From Antedon mediterranea (taxonomy: Eukaryota; Animalia; Echinodermata): a DNA stretch of 64,000 bases. A program made the translations under genes and the position numbers. A model generated the notes under the pieces. It had not been told where the DNA came from. It was given only the letters and a program-made list of their open reading frames with translations, and did no database searches. Shown one piece after another: positions 13,046-27,060 of this stretch; within the stretch, counting starts at the first letter, position 1; each line of letters begins with the position of its first letter. The stretch lies in contig NC_092670.1 of NCBI RefSeq assembly GCF_964355755.1, forward strand, positions 41,032,388 through 41,096,387. Direction: 5' to 3'.

Positions 13046-13509
13046 TAACAATAATGATGTAGAATAGGTACTGTAGGTGTAGTAGTAATAAAATCAGTTA
13101 AGTGAGCAACAATCCATTTGTACAGTATAATCCATTTGTACAGTATACAGTAAGTTTGTGTAGAATCTTACGTTACAAATTCTAATAAGGCCGATTTGAA
13201 GAATTTAAGAATAAGTTTATTTTTTAGGAATGATGATAGTGAAAGTGGCTTATGGTGTTCCGGTGGTACAGAGTGGTTTACAATTGTCGTATTCGATTGG
13301 GAACTTTCGTTGTCAACGTAAAGATTCGTTGAATACTTTTTGTATTCGAATTGTAAATTTGTGTTCAACAGATGGTCATTCGAATATAAAACGTTGACAA
13401 CGAAAGCTTTTTCGTTAAGAACAATCTCAACGCTCAAAATACTCCGTTAAAGAAGTACTCAACGAAAAACTACTCAACGGTCCACTCGAATACGACAATT
13501 GATTGTATG

Positions 13510-14100
13510 TTGTACTGTACATGGATGGTATATTTTACATGACACACAATGTTTTTACATGGTAACTGTACTGTATGCTTTTCTCATGGTATTTTTTACA
13601 TGACACACAATGTTTTTACATGGTAACTGTACTGTATGCTTTTCTCATGGTATTTTTTACATGACACACAATGTTTTTACATGTTAACTGTACTGTATGC
13701 TTTTCTCATGGTATTTTTTACATGACACACAATGTTTTTACATGGTAACTGTACTGTATGCTTTTCTCATGGTATTTTTTACATGACACACAATGTTTTT
13801 ACATGGTAACTGTACTGTATGCTTTTCTCATGGTATTTTTTACATGACACACAATGTTTTTACATGCTAACTGTACTGTATGCGCTTTTCTCATGGTATA
13901 TTTTACATGACACACAATGTTTTTACATGGTAACTGTACTGTATGCTTTTCTCATGGTATATTTTACATGACACACAATGTTTTTACATGCTAACTGTAC
14001 TGTATGCTTTTCTCATGGTATTTTTACATGACACACAATGTTTTTACATGGTAACTGTACTGTATGCTTTTCTCATGGTATATTTTACATACTACTGTAT
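13510..14100. repeat. ~61-bp minisatellite x~9.5
   Basis: Unit tttacatgacacacaatgtttttacatggtaactgtactgtatgcttttctcatggtattt. Confidence 0.9.
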
Positions 14101-14300
14101 GTTTTAATATTAAAGTCAACAGGTGAAGTTCCAGCATGTCTCAACAAGTTTTATATCACAGGAAATTAGGGATTTATAAGTATTTTCTGGTTATTGTTCT
14201 GAATCTGGAATAACAATAAGTAGGTTATTAACCTTCAATGTATTCTTTATTAATATCAGGCAGCCATCTCCAATGTTTGTCTACAGTGCTACTGTTGTAC

Positions 14301-14445
14301 AGCTATCTCTACACTATTAAACTACTTAATTTGATACAAAGTGTGATGTGCCCAAATATGGTAGTGATATGCCTAAATATGGTAGTGATATGCCCAAATA
14401 TGGTACGTAGTGATATGCCCAAATATGGTAGTGATATGACATATG
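14301..14445. mobile_element. Partial copy of the MITE family with internally amplified 22-bp units
   Basis: agctatctctacactattaaac left end, followed by gatatgcccaaatatggtagt repeats. Confidence 0.55.
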
Positions 14446-14540
14446 ATATTAAAATCTGTCAAATTGCTGTACAGTCAATTAATGCCGTTTCCACTACAGA
14501 CAGGGGATGTTGTCGCAAAGCTAAAAAATCGTCAGCATGT

Positions 14541-14698
14541 ATGCGTATTCATGTAAATGCGTATTCATGTAAATGCGTATTCATGTAAATGCGTATTCAT
14601 GTAAATGCGTATTCATGTAAATGCGTATTCATGTAAATGCGTATTCATGTAAATGCGTATTCATGTAAATGCGTATTCATGTAAATGCGTATTCATGT
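14541..14698. repeat. 16-bp minisatellite x~10
   Basis: Unit atgcgtattcatgtaa. Confidence 0.9.
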
Positions 14699-15522
14699 TT
14701 CCATCTTCCAAATTATACCATTCTGCGATGAATTCTATATTCTTATTTTTTTGCTTTCTGTGAACAGTTTCTACTTTTTAAAAATTCGCAACCAATCGGA
14801 GCTCAGGAAATGATTCGCAATCATGTGAATCAAAAAGCTCAGAAAACACATGATGAAAATTAAAATCGCAGCTACTGTATTAGCAATTTTTTTCTCTGTG
14901 GAAACATTGGATTCATGCGTGACAAACCTCCGAAAAACCATGAGCCAATACTCACACAGTTAAGTGTATTGTAAAATATAATTATAGGCTACATTAATGC
15001 ATGTTGTTTTTAATGAATGATGTGTTTTGGCCAAACATGTACTCACAAATTCTCCTTTTACATATCATACATTTAAGTTGCATGCAGGTAAAAAATAATT
15101 GTTATTAAATACTGTAGCGTTCCCAATTCAAAATGTTGCTTCATAAAGTTTGAAAAGTTTATCATTAATCAATATAAGATTTAAAGTTTTATCGCCAAAG
15201 AGAAAGAATTAGACAATCGTATATAGACCACCATTATGTTAAAATCACCAAACCCAACCTCCAATATAATATAGCCCAGAAAAAGTAGGCATACTGTACA
15301 GGATACAAAATTAAAATTATTTTATTATTAATATTAAAGCAATTGCAAAACAATAAAATCAAGAACGAGTAAAATAAGTAGTACTAGCTCTAGAAGTTTA
15401 CTTAACGGCAGATGGCCTCCTACAAACATCTAGGCCTAATGTCCCATTTATTATGGTAGTACCAAACGGTGCTAAACGCTAGCCGCTCAGGCCTAGAATA
15501 AACAAATACAAGGGCTGTTTAC

Positions 15523-15736
15523 CTGCCATCCCGAGCGTTAGGCTTGTTTTCATGATATCGGTGTCCGATTGATCACCACTAGGCGTGGCGACTCCGACGA
15601 TTAAAATGAACAGAAACGTACATAAAAACTCAGCAATTAAACGTCTAAATAAATCTACAGTAAAAACGCAGGATTTTGCGGATTTAACACTCGAATTTGA
15701 CTCTGCATCATGGGTACTTCGCCTCCTACCCGCCAT
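15523..15736 (-). CDS. Aquaporin, coding exon 1 (N-terminus, TM1-TM2), followed by an 8.65-kb intron
   Basis: ATG at 15736; ...FRRLIAEFLCTFLFILIVG (MIP TM1 AEFxxT motif)...KTSLTLGMA G|gtaaac. The phase-1 donor matches the acceptor at 6871; the spliced product is 274 aa. Confidence 0.85.
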
Positions 15737-15839
15737 AGTCACTACCGACGACAAAACTTCGCTTTCCTTTTTGATTGAGTTGTTGTTGAGTAAGTAACTT
15801 ACTTTCAGCTTTCAGTAGTTGTACGAAACTGGTGTTTGT

Positions 15840-15930
15840 TTTCAAAAGTATAGAGGGCGGGCAGCAATTTGTTACTGTCCACAGAGATAAAAGTTTTATG
15901 ATTGATTGAAGTCGAACTATTCACGTCACA
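15840..15930 (-). promoter_or_regulatory. Candidate aquaporin proximal promoter elements (GC box GGGCGG at ~15855; CRE/ATF-like TGACGTGA at 15921-15928)
   Basis: Motif matches 100-200 bp upstream of the ATG, in the only ~320 bp of unique sequence before the tRNA array. Motif match only. Confidence 0.3.
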
Positions 15931-16736
15931 AACATCAAACAATTTTTTTTAAATATTTAAAAGTATAAAAAATTATAAATAATTGAAAAAAAAACTAAAT
16001 ATATAAAATGAATAAAAAAATAATAGTAATCAAAAGGATATTAGAAGCTAAATGCAATGATGTCACATCTCTATGATTCCTGGTTAAACATACTGTATGA
16101 ATAAAAAGACGAAAAAAAAAACAGTACTGGCCGATATGGGGCTCGAACCCATGACATTCGCGTTATTAGCACGACGCTCTGCAAACTGAGATAACCGGCC
16201 GGTTGGATACATAGATGTCACATTTCTATGATTTCTGGTTAAACATACTGTATGACTAAAAAGACGACAAAAATACAGTACTGGCCAATATGGGGTTCGA
16301 ACCCATGACATTCGCGTTATTAGCACGACGTTTTGCCGACTGAGCTAACCGGTCGGTTGGATGTCACATTTCTATGATTCCTGGTTAAACATACTGTATG
16401 ACTAAAAAGACGACAAAGGTACAGTACTGGCCGATATGGGGCTCGAACCCATGACATTCGCGTTATTAGCACGACGCTCCGCCGACTGAGCTAACCGGCC
16501 GGTTGGATACATAGATGTCACATTTCTATGATTCCTGGTTAAACATACTGTATGACTAAAAAGACGACAAAAGTACAGTACTGGCCGATATGGGGCTCGA
16601 ACCCATGAGATTCGCGTTATTAGCACGACGCTCTGCCGACTGAGCTAACCGGCCGGTTGGATACATAGATGTCACATTTCTATGATTACTGGTTAAACAT
16701 ACTGTATGACTAAAAAGACGAAAAAAAGTACAGTAC

Positions 16737-16809
16737 TGGCCGATATGGGGCTCGAACCCATGACATTCGCGTTATTAGCACGACGCTCTGCCGACTGAGC
16801 TAACCGGCC
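16737..16809 (-). tRNA. tRNA-Ile(AAT), representative consensus copy
   Basis: Intact 73-nt cloverleaf, anticodon AAT, discriminator A, no intron, oligo-T terminator downstream. Confidence 0.95.
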
Positions 16810-17659
16810 GGTTGGATACATAGATGTCACATTTCTATGATTCCTGGTTAAACATACTGTATGACTAAAAAGATGACAAAAATACTGGCCAAAATGGGTT
16901 TCGAACCCATGATATACGCGTTATTAGAACGACATTTTGCCGACTGAGCTAACCGGTCGGTTGGATACATAGATGTCACATTTCTATGATTCCTGGTTAA
17001 ACATACTGTATGACTAAAAAGACGAAAAAAAATACAGTATTGGCCGATACGGGGCTCGAACCCATGACATTCGCATTATTAGCACGACGCTCTGCCGACT
17101 GAGCTAACCGGCCGGTTGGATACATAGATGTCACATTTCTATGATTCATGGTTAAACATACTGTATGACTAAAAAGACGAAAAAAATACAGTACTGGCCG
17201 ATATGGGGCTCGAACCCATGACATTCGCGTTATTAGCACGACGCTCTGCCGACTGAAATAACCGGCCGGTTGGATACATAGATGTCACATTTCTATGAGT
17301 CCTGGTTACACATACTGTAGGCCTATGACTAAAAAGAAATTACAGTACTGGCCGATATGGGGCTTGAACCCATGACATTCGCGTTATTAGCACGACGCTC
17401 TGCCGACTGAAATAACCGGCCGGTTGGATACTAGATGTCACATTTCTATGATTTCTGGTTAAACGTAGTGTATGACTAAAAAGACGAAAAAAAGTACAGT
17501 ACTGGCCGATATGGGGCTCGAACCCATGACATTCGCGTTATTAGCACAACGATCTGCCGCCTGAGAGGGCTAACCGGCCGGTTGGATATATAGGTTTCAC
17601 ATTTCTATGATTCCTAGTCAAACATACTGTATGACTAAAGACGAAAAAAAATACAGTAC

Positions 17660-17732
17660 TGGCCGATATGGGGCTCGAACCCATGACATTCGCGTAATAA
17701 GCATGACGATCTGCCGACTGAACTGACCGGCC
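17660..17732 (-). pseudogene. Variant tRNA-Ile copy with anticodon loop CT-TAT-TA and D-arm changes
   Basis: The plus strand reads taataag instead of ttattag, with further substitutions in the D arm and anticodon stem. Confidence 0.7.
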
Positions 17733-20700
17733 GGTTGGATACATAGATATCACGTTTCTATGATTCCTGGTTAAACATACTGTATGACTAAAAAGACGAC
17801 AAAAGTATAATACTGGCCGATATGGGGCTCGAACCCATGACATTCGCGTTATTAGCACGACGCTCTGCCGACTGAGCTAACCGGCCGGTTGGATACATAG
17901 ATGTCACATTTCTATGATTCCTGGTTAAACATACTGTATGACTAAAAAGACGACAAAAGTACAGCACTGGCCGATATGGGGCTCGAACCCATGACATTCG
18001 CGTTATTAGCACGACGCTCTGCCGACTGAGCAAACCGGCCGGTTGGATACATAGATGTCACATTTCTATGATTCCTGGTTAAACATACTGTATGACTAAA
18101 AAGACGACAAAAATACAGTACTGGCCAATATGGGGTTCGAACCCATGACATTCGCGTTATTAGCACGACGTTTTGCCGACTGAGCTAACCGGTCGGTTGG
18201 ATACATAGATGTCACATTTCTATGATTCCTGGTTAAACATACTGTATGACTAAAAAGACGAAAAAAAATACAGTACTGGCCGATACGGGGCTCGAACCCA
18301 TGACATTCGCATTATTAGCACGACGCTCTGCCGACTGAGCTAACCGGCCGGTTGGATACATAGATGTCACATTTCTATGATTCATGGTTAAACATACTGT
18401 ATGACTAAAAAGACGACAAAAGTATAGTACTAGCCGATATGGGGCTCGAACCCATGACATTCGCGTTATTAGCACGACGCTCTGCCGACTGAGCTAACAG
18501 GCCGGTTGGATACATAGATGTCACATTTCTATGATTCCTTGTTAAACATACTGTATGACTAAAAAGACGAAACACAATACAGTACTGGCCGATATGGGGC
18601 TCGAACCCATGACATTCGCGTTATTAGCACGACGCTCTGGCGACTGAAATAACCGGTCGGTTTGATACATATGTCACATTTCTATGATTACTGGTTAAAA
18701 ATACTGTATGACTAAAAAGACGACAAAAATACAGTACTGGCCGATATGGGGCTCGAACCCATGACATTCGCGTTATTAGCACGACGCTCTGCCGACTGAG
18801 CTAACCAGCCGGTTGGATACATATATGTCACATTTATATGATTCCTGGTTAAACATACTGTATGACTAAAAAGACGAAAAAAAATACAGTACTGGCCGAT
18901 ATGGGGCTCGAACCCATGACATTCGCGTTATTAGCACGACGCTCTGCCGACTGAAATAACCTGCCGGTTGGATACATAGATGTCACATTTCTATGATTCC
19001 TGGTTAAACATACTGTATGACTAAAAAGACGACAAAAATACAGTATTGGCCGATATGGGGCTCGAACCCATGACATTCGCGTTATTAGCACGACGCTCTG
19101 GCGACTGAAATAACCGGTCGGTTGGATACATAGATGTCACGTTTCTATGATTCCTGGTTAAACATACTGTATGACTAAAAAGACGACAAAAGTACAGTAC
19201 TGGCCGATATGGGGCTCGAACCCATGACATTCGCGTTATTAGCACGACGCTCTGCCGACTGAGCTAACCGGCCGATTGGATACATAGATGTCACGTTTCT
19301 ATGATTCCTGGTTAAACATACTGTATGACTAAAAAGACGACAAAAGTACAGTACTAGCCGATATGGGGGCTCGAACCCATGACTTCGCGTTATTAGCACG
19401 ACGCTCTGCCGACTGAGCTAACCGGCCGGTTGGATACATAGATGTCACATTTCTATGATTCCTGGTTAAACATACTGTATGACTAAAAAGACGACAAAAA
19501 TACATTACTGGCCGATATGGGGCTCGAACCCATGACATTCGCGTTATTAGCACGACGATCTGCCGACTGAGCTAACCGGTCGGTTGGATACATATGTCAC
19601 ATTTCTGATTACTGGTTAAAAATACTGTATGACTAAAAAGACGACAAAAATACAGTACTGGCCGATATGGGGCTCGAACCCATGACATTCGCGTTATTAG
19701 CACGACGCTCTGCCGACTGAGATAACCCGCCGGTTGGATACTAGAAGTCACATTTCTATGATTTCTGGTTAAAGGTACTGTATGACTAAAAAGACGACAA
19801 AAATACAGTACTGGCCGATATGGGGCTCGAACCCATGACATTCGCGTTATTAGCACGACGCTCTGCCGACTGAAATAACCTGCCGGTTGGATACATAGAT
19901 GTCACATTTCTATGATTCCTGGTTAAACATACTGTATGACTAAAAAGACGACAAAAATACAGTATTGGCCGATATGGGGCTCGAACCCATGACATTCGCG
20001 TTATTAGCACGACGCTCTGCCGACTGAGCTAACCGGCCGGTTGGATACATAGATGTCACATTTCTATGATTCCTGGTTAAACATACTGTATGACTAAAAA
20101 ATACAGTATAGGCCGATATGGGGCTCGAACCCATGACATTCGCGTTATTAGCACGACGCTCTGCCGACTGAGCTAACCGGCCGATTGGATACATAGATGT
20201 CACGTTTCTATGATTCCTCGTTAAACATACTGTATGACTAAAAAGACGACAAAAGTACAGTACTAGCCGATATGGGGGCTCGAACCCATGACTTCGCGTT
20301 ATTAGCACGACGCTCTGCCGACTGAGCTAACCGGCCGGTTGGATACATAGATGTCACATTTCTATGATTCCTGGTTAAACATACTGTATGACTAAAAAGA
20401 CGACAAAAGTACAGCACTGGCCGATATGGGGCTCGAACCCATGACATTCGCGTTATTAGCACGACGATCTGCCGACTGAGCTAACCGGCCGGTTGGATAC
20501 ATAGATGTCACATTTCTATGATTCCTGGTTAAACATACTGTATGACTAAAAAGACGACAAAAGTACAGCACTGGCCGATATGGGGCTCGAACCCATGACA
20601 TTCGCGTTATTAGCACGACGCTCTGCCGACTGAGCAAACCGGCCGGTTGGATACATAGATGTCACATTTCTATGATTCCTGGTTAAACATACTGTATGAC

Positions 20701-23700
20701 TAAAAAGACGACAAAAATACAGTACTGGCCAATATGGGGTTCGAACCCATGACATTCGCGTTATTAGCACGACGTTTTGCCGACTGAGCTAACCGGTCGG
20801 TTGGATACATAGATGTCACATTTCTATGATTCCTGGTTAAACATACTGTATGACTAAAAAGACGAAAAAAAATACAGTACTGGCCGATACGGGGCTCGAA
20901 CCCATGACATTCGCATTATTAGCACGACGCTCTGCCGACTGAGCTAACCGGCCGGTTGGATACATAGATGTCACATTTCTATGATTCATGGTTAAACATA
21001 CTGTATGACTAAAAAGACGACAAAAGTATAGTACTAGCCGATATGGGGCTCGAACCCATGACATTCGCGTTATTAGCACGACGCTCTGCCGACTGAGCTA
21101 ACAGGCCGGTTGGATACATAGATGTCACATTTCTATGATTCCTTGTTAAACATACTGTATGACTAAAAAGACGAAACACAATACAGTACTGGCCGATATG
21201 GGGCTCGAACCCATGACATTCGCGTTATTAGCACGACGCTCTGGCGACTGAAATAACCGGTCGGTTTGATACATATGTCACATTTCTATGATTACTGGTT
21301 AAAAATACTGTATGACTAAAAAGACGACAAAAATACAGTACTGGCCGATATGGGGCTCGAACCCATGACATTCGCGTTATTAGCACGACGCTCTGCCGAC
21401 TGAGCTAACCAGCCGGTTGGATACATATATGTCACATTTATATGATTCCTGGTTAAACATACTGTATGACTAAAAAGACGAAAAAAAATACAGTACTGGC
21501 CGATATGGGGCTCGAACCCATGACATTCGCGTTATTAGCACGACGCTCTGCCGACTGAAATAACCTGCCGGTTGGATACATAGATGTCACATTTCTATGA
21601 TTCCTGGTTAAACATACTGTATGACTAAAAAGACGACAAAAATACAGTATTGGCCGATATGGGGCTCGAACCCATGACATTCGCGTTATTAGCACGACGC
21701 TCTGGCGACTGAAATAACCGGTCGGTTGGATACATAGATGTCACGTTTCTATGATTCCTGGTTAAACATACTGTATGACTAAAAAGACGACAAAAGTACA
21801 GTACTGGCCGATATGGGGCTCGAACCCATGACATTCGCGTTATTAGCACGACGCTCTGCCGACTGAGCTAACCGGCCGATTGGATACATAGATGTCACGT
21901 TTCTATGATTCCTGGTTAAACATACTGTATGACTAAAAAGACGACAAAAGTACAGTACTAGCCGATATGGGGGCTCGAACCCATGACTTCGCGTTATTAG
22001 CACGACGCTCTGCCGACTGAGCTAACCGGCCGGTTGGATACATAGATGTCACATTTCTATGATTCCTGGTTAAACATACTGTATGACTAAAAAGACGACA
22101 AAAATACATTACTGGCCGATATGGGGCTCGAACCCATGACATTCGCGTTATTAGCACGACGATCTGCCGACTGAGCTAACCGGTCGGTTGGATACATATG
22201 TCACATTTCTGATTACTGGTTAAAAATACTGTATGACTAAAAAGACGACAAAAATACAGTACTGGCCGATATGGGGCTCGAACCCATGACATTCGCGTTA
22301 TTAGCACGACGCTCTGCCGACTGAGATAACCCGCCGGTTGGATACTAGAAGTCACATTTCTATGATTTCTGGTTAAAGGTACTGTATGACTAAAAAGACG
22401 ACAAAAATACAGTACTGGCCGATATGGGGCTCGAACCCATGACATTCGCGTTATTAGCACGACGCTCTGCCGACTGAAATAACCTGCCGGTTGGATACAT
22501 AGATGTCACATTTCTATGATTCCTGGTTAAACATACTGTATGACTAAAAAGACGACAAAAATACAGTATTGGCCGATATGGGGCTCGAACCCATGACATT
22601 CGCGTTATTAGCACGACGCTCTGCCGACTGAGCTAACCGGCCGGTTGGATACATAGATGTCACATTTCTATGATTCCTGGTTAAACATACTGTATGACTA
22701 AAAAATACAGTATAGGCCGATATGGGGCTCGAACCCATGACATTCGCGTTATTAGCACGACGCTCTGCCGACTGAGCTAACCGGCCGATTGGATACATAG
22801 ATGTCACGTTTCTATGATTCCTCGTTAAACATACTGTATGACTAAAAAGACGACAAAAGTACAGTACTAGCCGATATGGGGGCTCGAACCCATGACTTCG
22901 CGTTATTAGCACGACGCTCTGCCGACTGAGCTAACCGGCCGGTTGGATACATAGATGTCACATTTCTATGATTCCTGGTTAAACATACTGTATGACTAAA
23001 AAGACGACAAAAATACATTACTGGCCGATATGGGGCTCGAACCCATGACATTCGCGTTATTAGCACGACGATCTGCCGACTGAGCTAACCGGTCGGTTGG
23101 ATACATAAGTCACATTTCTGATTACTGGTTAAAAATACTGTATGACTAAAAAGACGACAAAAATACAGTACTGGCCGATATGGGGCTCGAACCCATGACA
23201 TTCGCGTTATTAGCACGACGCTCTGCCGACTGAGATAACCCGCCGGTTGGATACTAGAAGTCACATTTCTATGATTTCTGGTTAAAGGTACTGTATGACT
23301 AAAAAGACGACAAAAATACAGTACTGGCCGATATGGGGCTCGAACCCATGACATTCGCGTTATTAGCACGACGCTCTGCCGACTGAAATAACCTGCCGGT
23401 TGGATACATAGATGTCACATTTCTATGATTCCTGGTTAAACATACTGTATGACTAAAAAGACGACAAAAATACAGTATTGGCCGATATGGGGCTCGAACC
23501 CATGACATTCGCGTTATTAGCACGACGCTCTGCCGACTGAGCTAACCGGCCGGTTGGATACATAGATGTCACATTTCTATGATTCCTGGTTAAACATACT
23601 GTATGAATAAAAAGACGAAAAAAAATACAGTACTGGCCGATATGGGGCTCGAACCCATGACATTCGCGTTATTAGCACGACGCTCTGCCGACTGAGCTAA

Positions 23701-26700
23701 CCGACCGGCCGGTTGGATACTAGATGTCACATTTCTATGATTCCTGGTTAAACATACTGTATGACTAAAAAGACGAAAAAAAATACAGTACTGGCCGATA
23801 CGGGGCTCGAACCCATGACATTCGCATTATTAGCACGACGCTCTGCCGACTGAGCTAACCGGCCGGTTGGATACATAGATGTCACATTTCTATGATTCAT
23901 GGTTAAACATACTGTATGACTAAAAAGACGACAAAAGTATAGTACTAGCCGATATGGGGCTCGAACCCATGACATTCGCGTTATTAGCACGACGCTCTGC
24001 CGACTGAGCTAACCGGCCGGTTGGATACATAGATGTCACATTTCTATTATTCCAGGTTAAACATACTGTATGACTAAAAAGACGACAAAAATACAGTACT
24101 GGCCGATATGGGGCTCGAACCCATGACATTCGCGTTATTAGCACGACGCTCTGCCGACTGAGCTAACAGGCCGGTTGGATACATAGATGTCACATTTCTA
24201 TGATTCTTGGTTAAACATACTGTATGACTAAAAAGACGAAACAAAATACAGTACTGGCCGATATGGGGCTCGAACCCATGACATTCGCGTTATTAGCACG
24301 ACGCTCTGGCGACTGAAATAACCGGTCGGTTTGATACATATGTCACATTTCTATGATTACTGGTTAAAAATACTGTATGACTAAAAAGACGACAAAAATA
24401 CAGTACTGGCCGATATGGGGCTCGAACCCATGACATTCGCGTTATTAGCACGACGCTCTGCCGACTGAGCTAACCGGCCGGTTGTATACATATATGTCAC
24501 ATTTATATGATTCCTGGTTAAACATACTGTATGACTAAAAAGACGAAAAAAAATACAGTACTGGCCGATATGGGGCTCAAACCCATGACATTCGCGTTAT
24601 TAGCACGACGCTCTGCCGACTGAAATAACCTGCCGGTTGGATACATAGATGTCACATTTCTATGATTCCTGGTTAAACATACTGTATGACTAAAAAGGCG
24701 ACAAAAGTATAGTACTGGCCGATATGGGGCTCGAACCCATGACATTCGCGTTATTAGCACGACGCTCTGCCGACTGAGCTAACCGGCCGATTGGATACAT
24801 AGATGTCACGTTTCTATGATTCCTGGTTAAACATACTGTATGACTAAAAAGACGACAAAAGTACAGTACTAGCCGATATGGGGGCTCGAACCCATGACTT
24901 CGCGTTATTAGCACGACGCTCTGCCGACTGAGCTAACCGGCCGGTTGGATACATAGATGTCACATTTCTATGATTCCTGGTTAAACATACTGTATGACTA
25001 AAAAGACGACAAAAATACATTACTGGCCGATATGGGGCTCGAACCCATGACATTCGCGTTATTAGCACGACGATCTGCCGACTGAGCTAACCGGTCGGTT
25101 GGATACATATGTCACATTTCTGATTACTGGTTAAAAATACTGTATGACTAAAAAGACGACAAAAATACAGTACTGGCCGATATGGGGCTCGAACCCATGA
25201 CATTCGCGTTATTAGCACGACGCTCTGCCGACTGAAATAACCTGCCGGTTGGATACTAGAAGTCACATTTCTATGATTTCTGGTTAAAGGTACTGTATGA
25301 CTAAAAAGACGACAAAAATACAGTATTGGCCGATATGGGGCTCGAACCCATGACATTCGCGTTATTAGCACGACGCTCTGCCGACTGAGCTAACCGGCCG
25401 GTTGGATACATAGATGTCACATTTCTATGATTCCTGGTTAAACATACTGTATGAATAAAAAGACGAAAAAAAATACAGTACTGGCCGATATGGGGCTCGA
25501 ACCCATGACATTCGCGTTATTAGCACGACGCTCTGCCGACTGAGCTAACCGGCCGGTTGGATACTAGATGTCACATTTCTATGATTCCTGGTTAAACATA
25601 CTGTATGACTAAAAAGACGACAAAAATACAGTACTGGCCGATATGGGGCTCGAACCCATGACATTCGCGTTATTAGCACGACGCTCTGCCGACTGAGCTA
25701 ACCGGCCGGTTGGATACATAGATGTCACATTTCTATTATTCCTGGTTAAACATACTGTATGACTAAAAAGACGACAAAAATACATTACTGGCCGATATGG
25801 GGCTCGAACCCATGACATTCGCGTTATTAGCACGACGCTCTGCCGACTGAGCTGACCGGCCTGACCGGCCGGTGGATACTAGAGGTCACATGTCTATGAT
25901 TTCTGGTTAAACGTACTATGACTAAAAAGACAGTACTGGCCGATATGGGCCTCGAACCCATGACATTCGCGTTATTAGCACGACGATCTGCCGACTGAGC
26001 TAACCGGTCGGTTGGATACATATGTCACATTTCTATGATTACTGGTTAAAAATACTGTATGACTAAAAAGACGACAAAAATACAGTACTGGCCGATATGG
26101 GGCTCGAACCCATGACATTCGCGTTATTAGCACGACGCTCTGCCGACTGAGCTAACCGGCCGGTTGGATACAGATATGTCACATTTCTATGATTCCTGGT
26201 TAAACATACTGTATGACTAAAAAGACGACAAAAATACAGTACTGGCCGATATGGGGCTCGAACCCATAACATTCGCGTTATTAGCACGACGCTCTGCCGA
26301 CTGAGCTAACCGGCCGGTTGGATACATAGATGTCACATTTCTATGATTCCTGGTTAAACATACTGTATGACTAAAAAGACGAAAAAAATACAGTACTGGC
26401 CGATATGGCGCTCGAACCCATGACATTCGCGTTATTAGCACGACGCTCTGGCGACTGAAATAACCTGCCGGTTGGATACATAGATGTCACATTTCTATGA
26501 TTCCTGGTTAAACATACTGTATGACTAAAAAGACGACAAAAGTACAGTACTGGCCGATATGGGGCTCGAACCCATGACATTCGCGTTATTAGCACGACGC
26601 TCTGCCGACTGAGCTAACCGGCCGGATAGATGTCACATTTCTATTATTCCTGGTTAAACACACTGTATGACTAAAAAGACGACAAAAATACAGTACTGGC

Positions 26701-27005
26701 CGATATGGGGCTCGAACCCATGACATTCGCGTTATTAGCACGACGCTCTGCCGACTGAGCTAACAGGCCGGTTGGATACATAGATTTCACATTTCTATTA
26801 TTCTTGGTTAAACATACTGTATGACTAAAAAGACGAAAAAAAATAAAGTACTGGCCGATATGGGGCTCGAACCCATGACATTCGCGTTATTAGCACGACG
26901 CTCTGCCGACTGAAATAACCGGCCGGTTGGATACTAGATGTCACATTTCTATGATTTCTGGTTAAACATACTGTATGACCAAAAAGACGAAAAAAAGTAC
27001 AGTTC

Positions 27006-27060
27006 TGGCCGATATGGGGCTCGAACCCATGACATTCGCGTTATTAGCACGACGCTCTCC
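27006..27060 (-). pseudogene. tRNA-Ile copy with an 18-nt deletion near the 5' end (same class at ~29733, ~32312, ~35945, ~37763)
   Basis: gacgctct|ccggttgg: gccgactgagctaaccgg is missing, which removes most of the 5' acceptor strand and the A box; the B box is intact. Confidence 0.85.
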
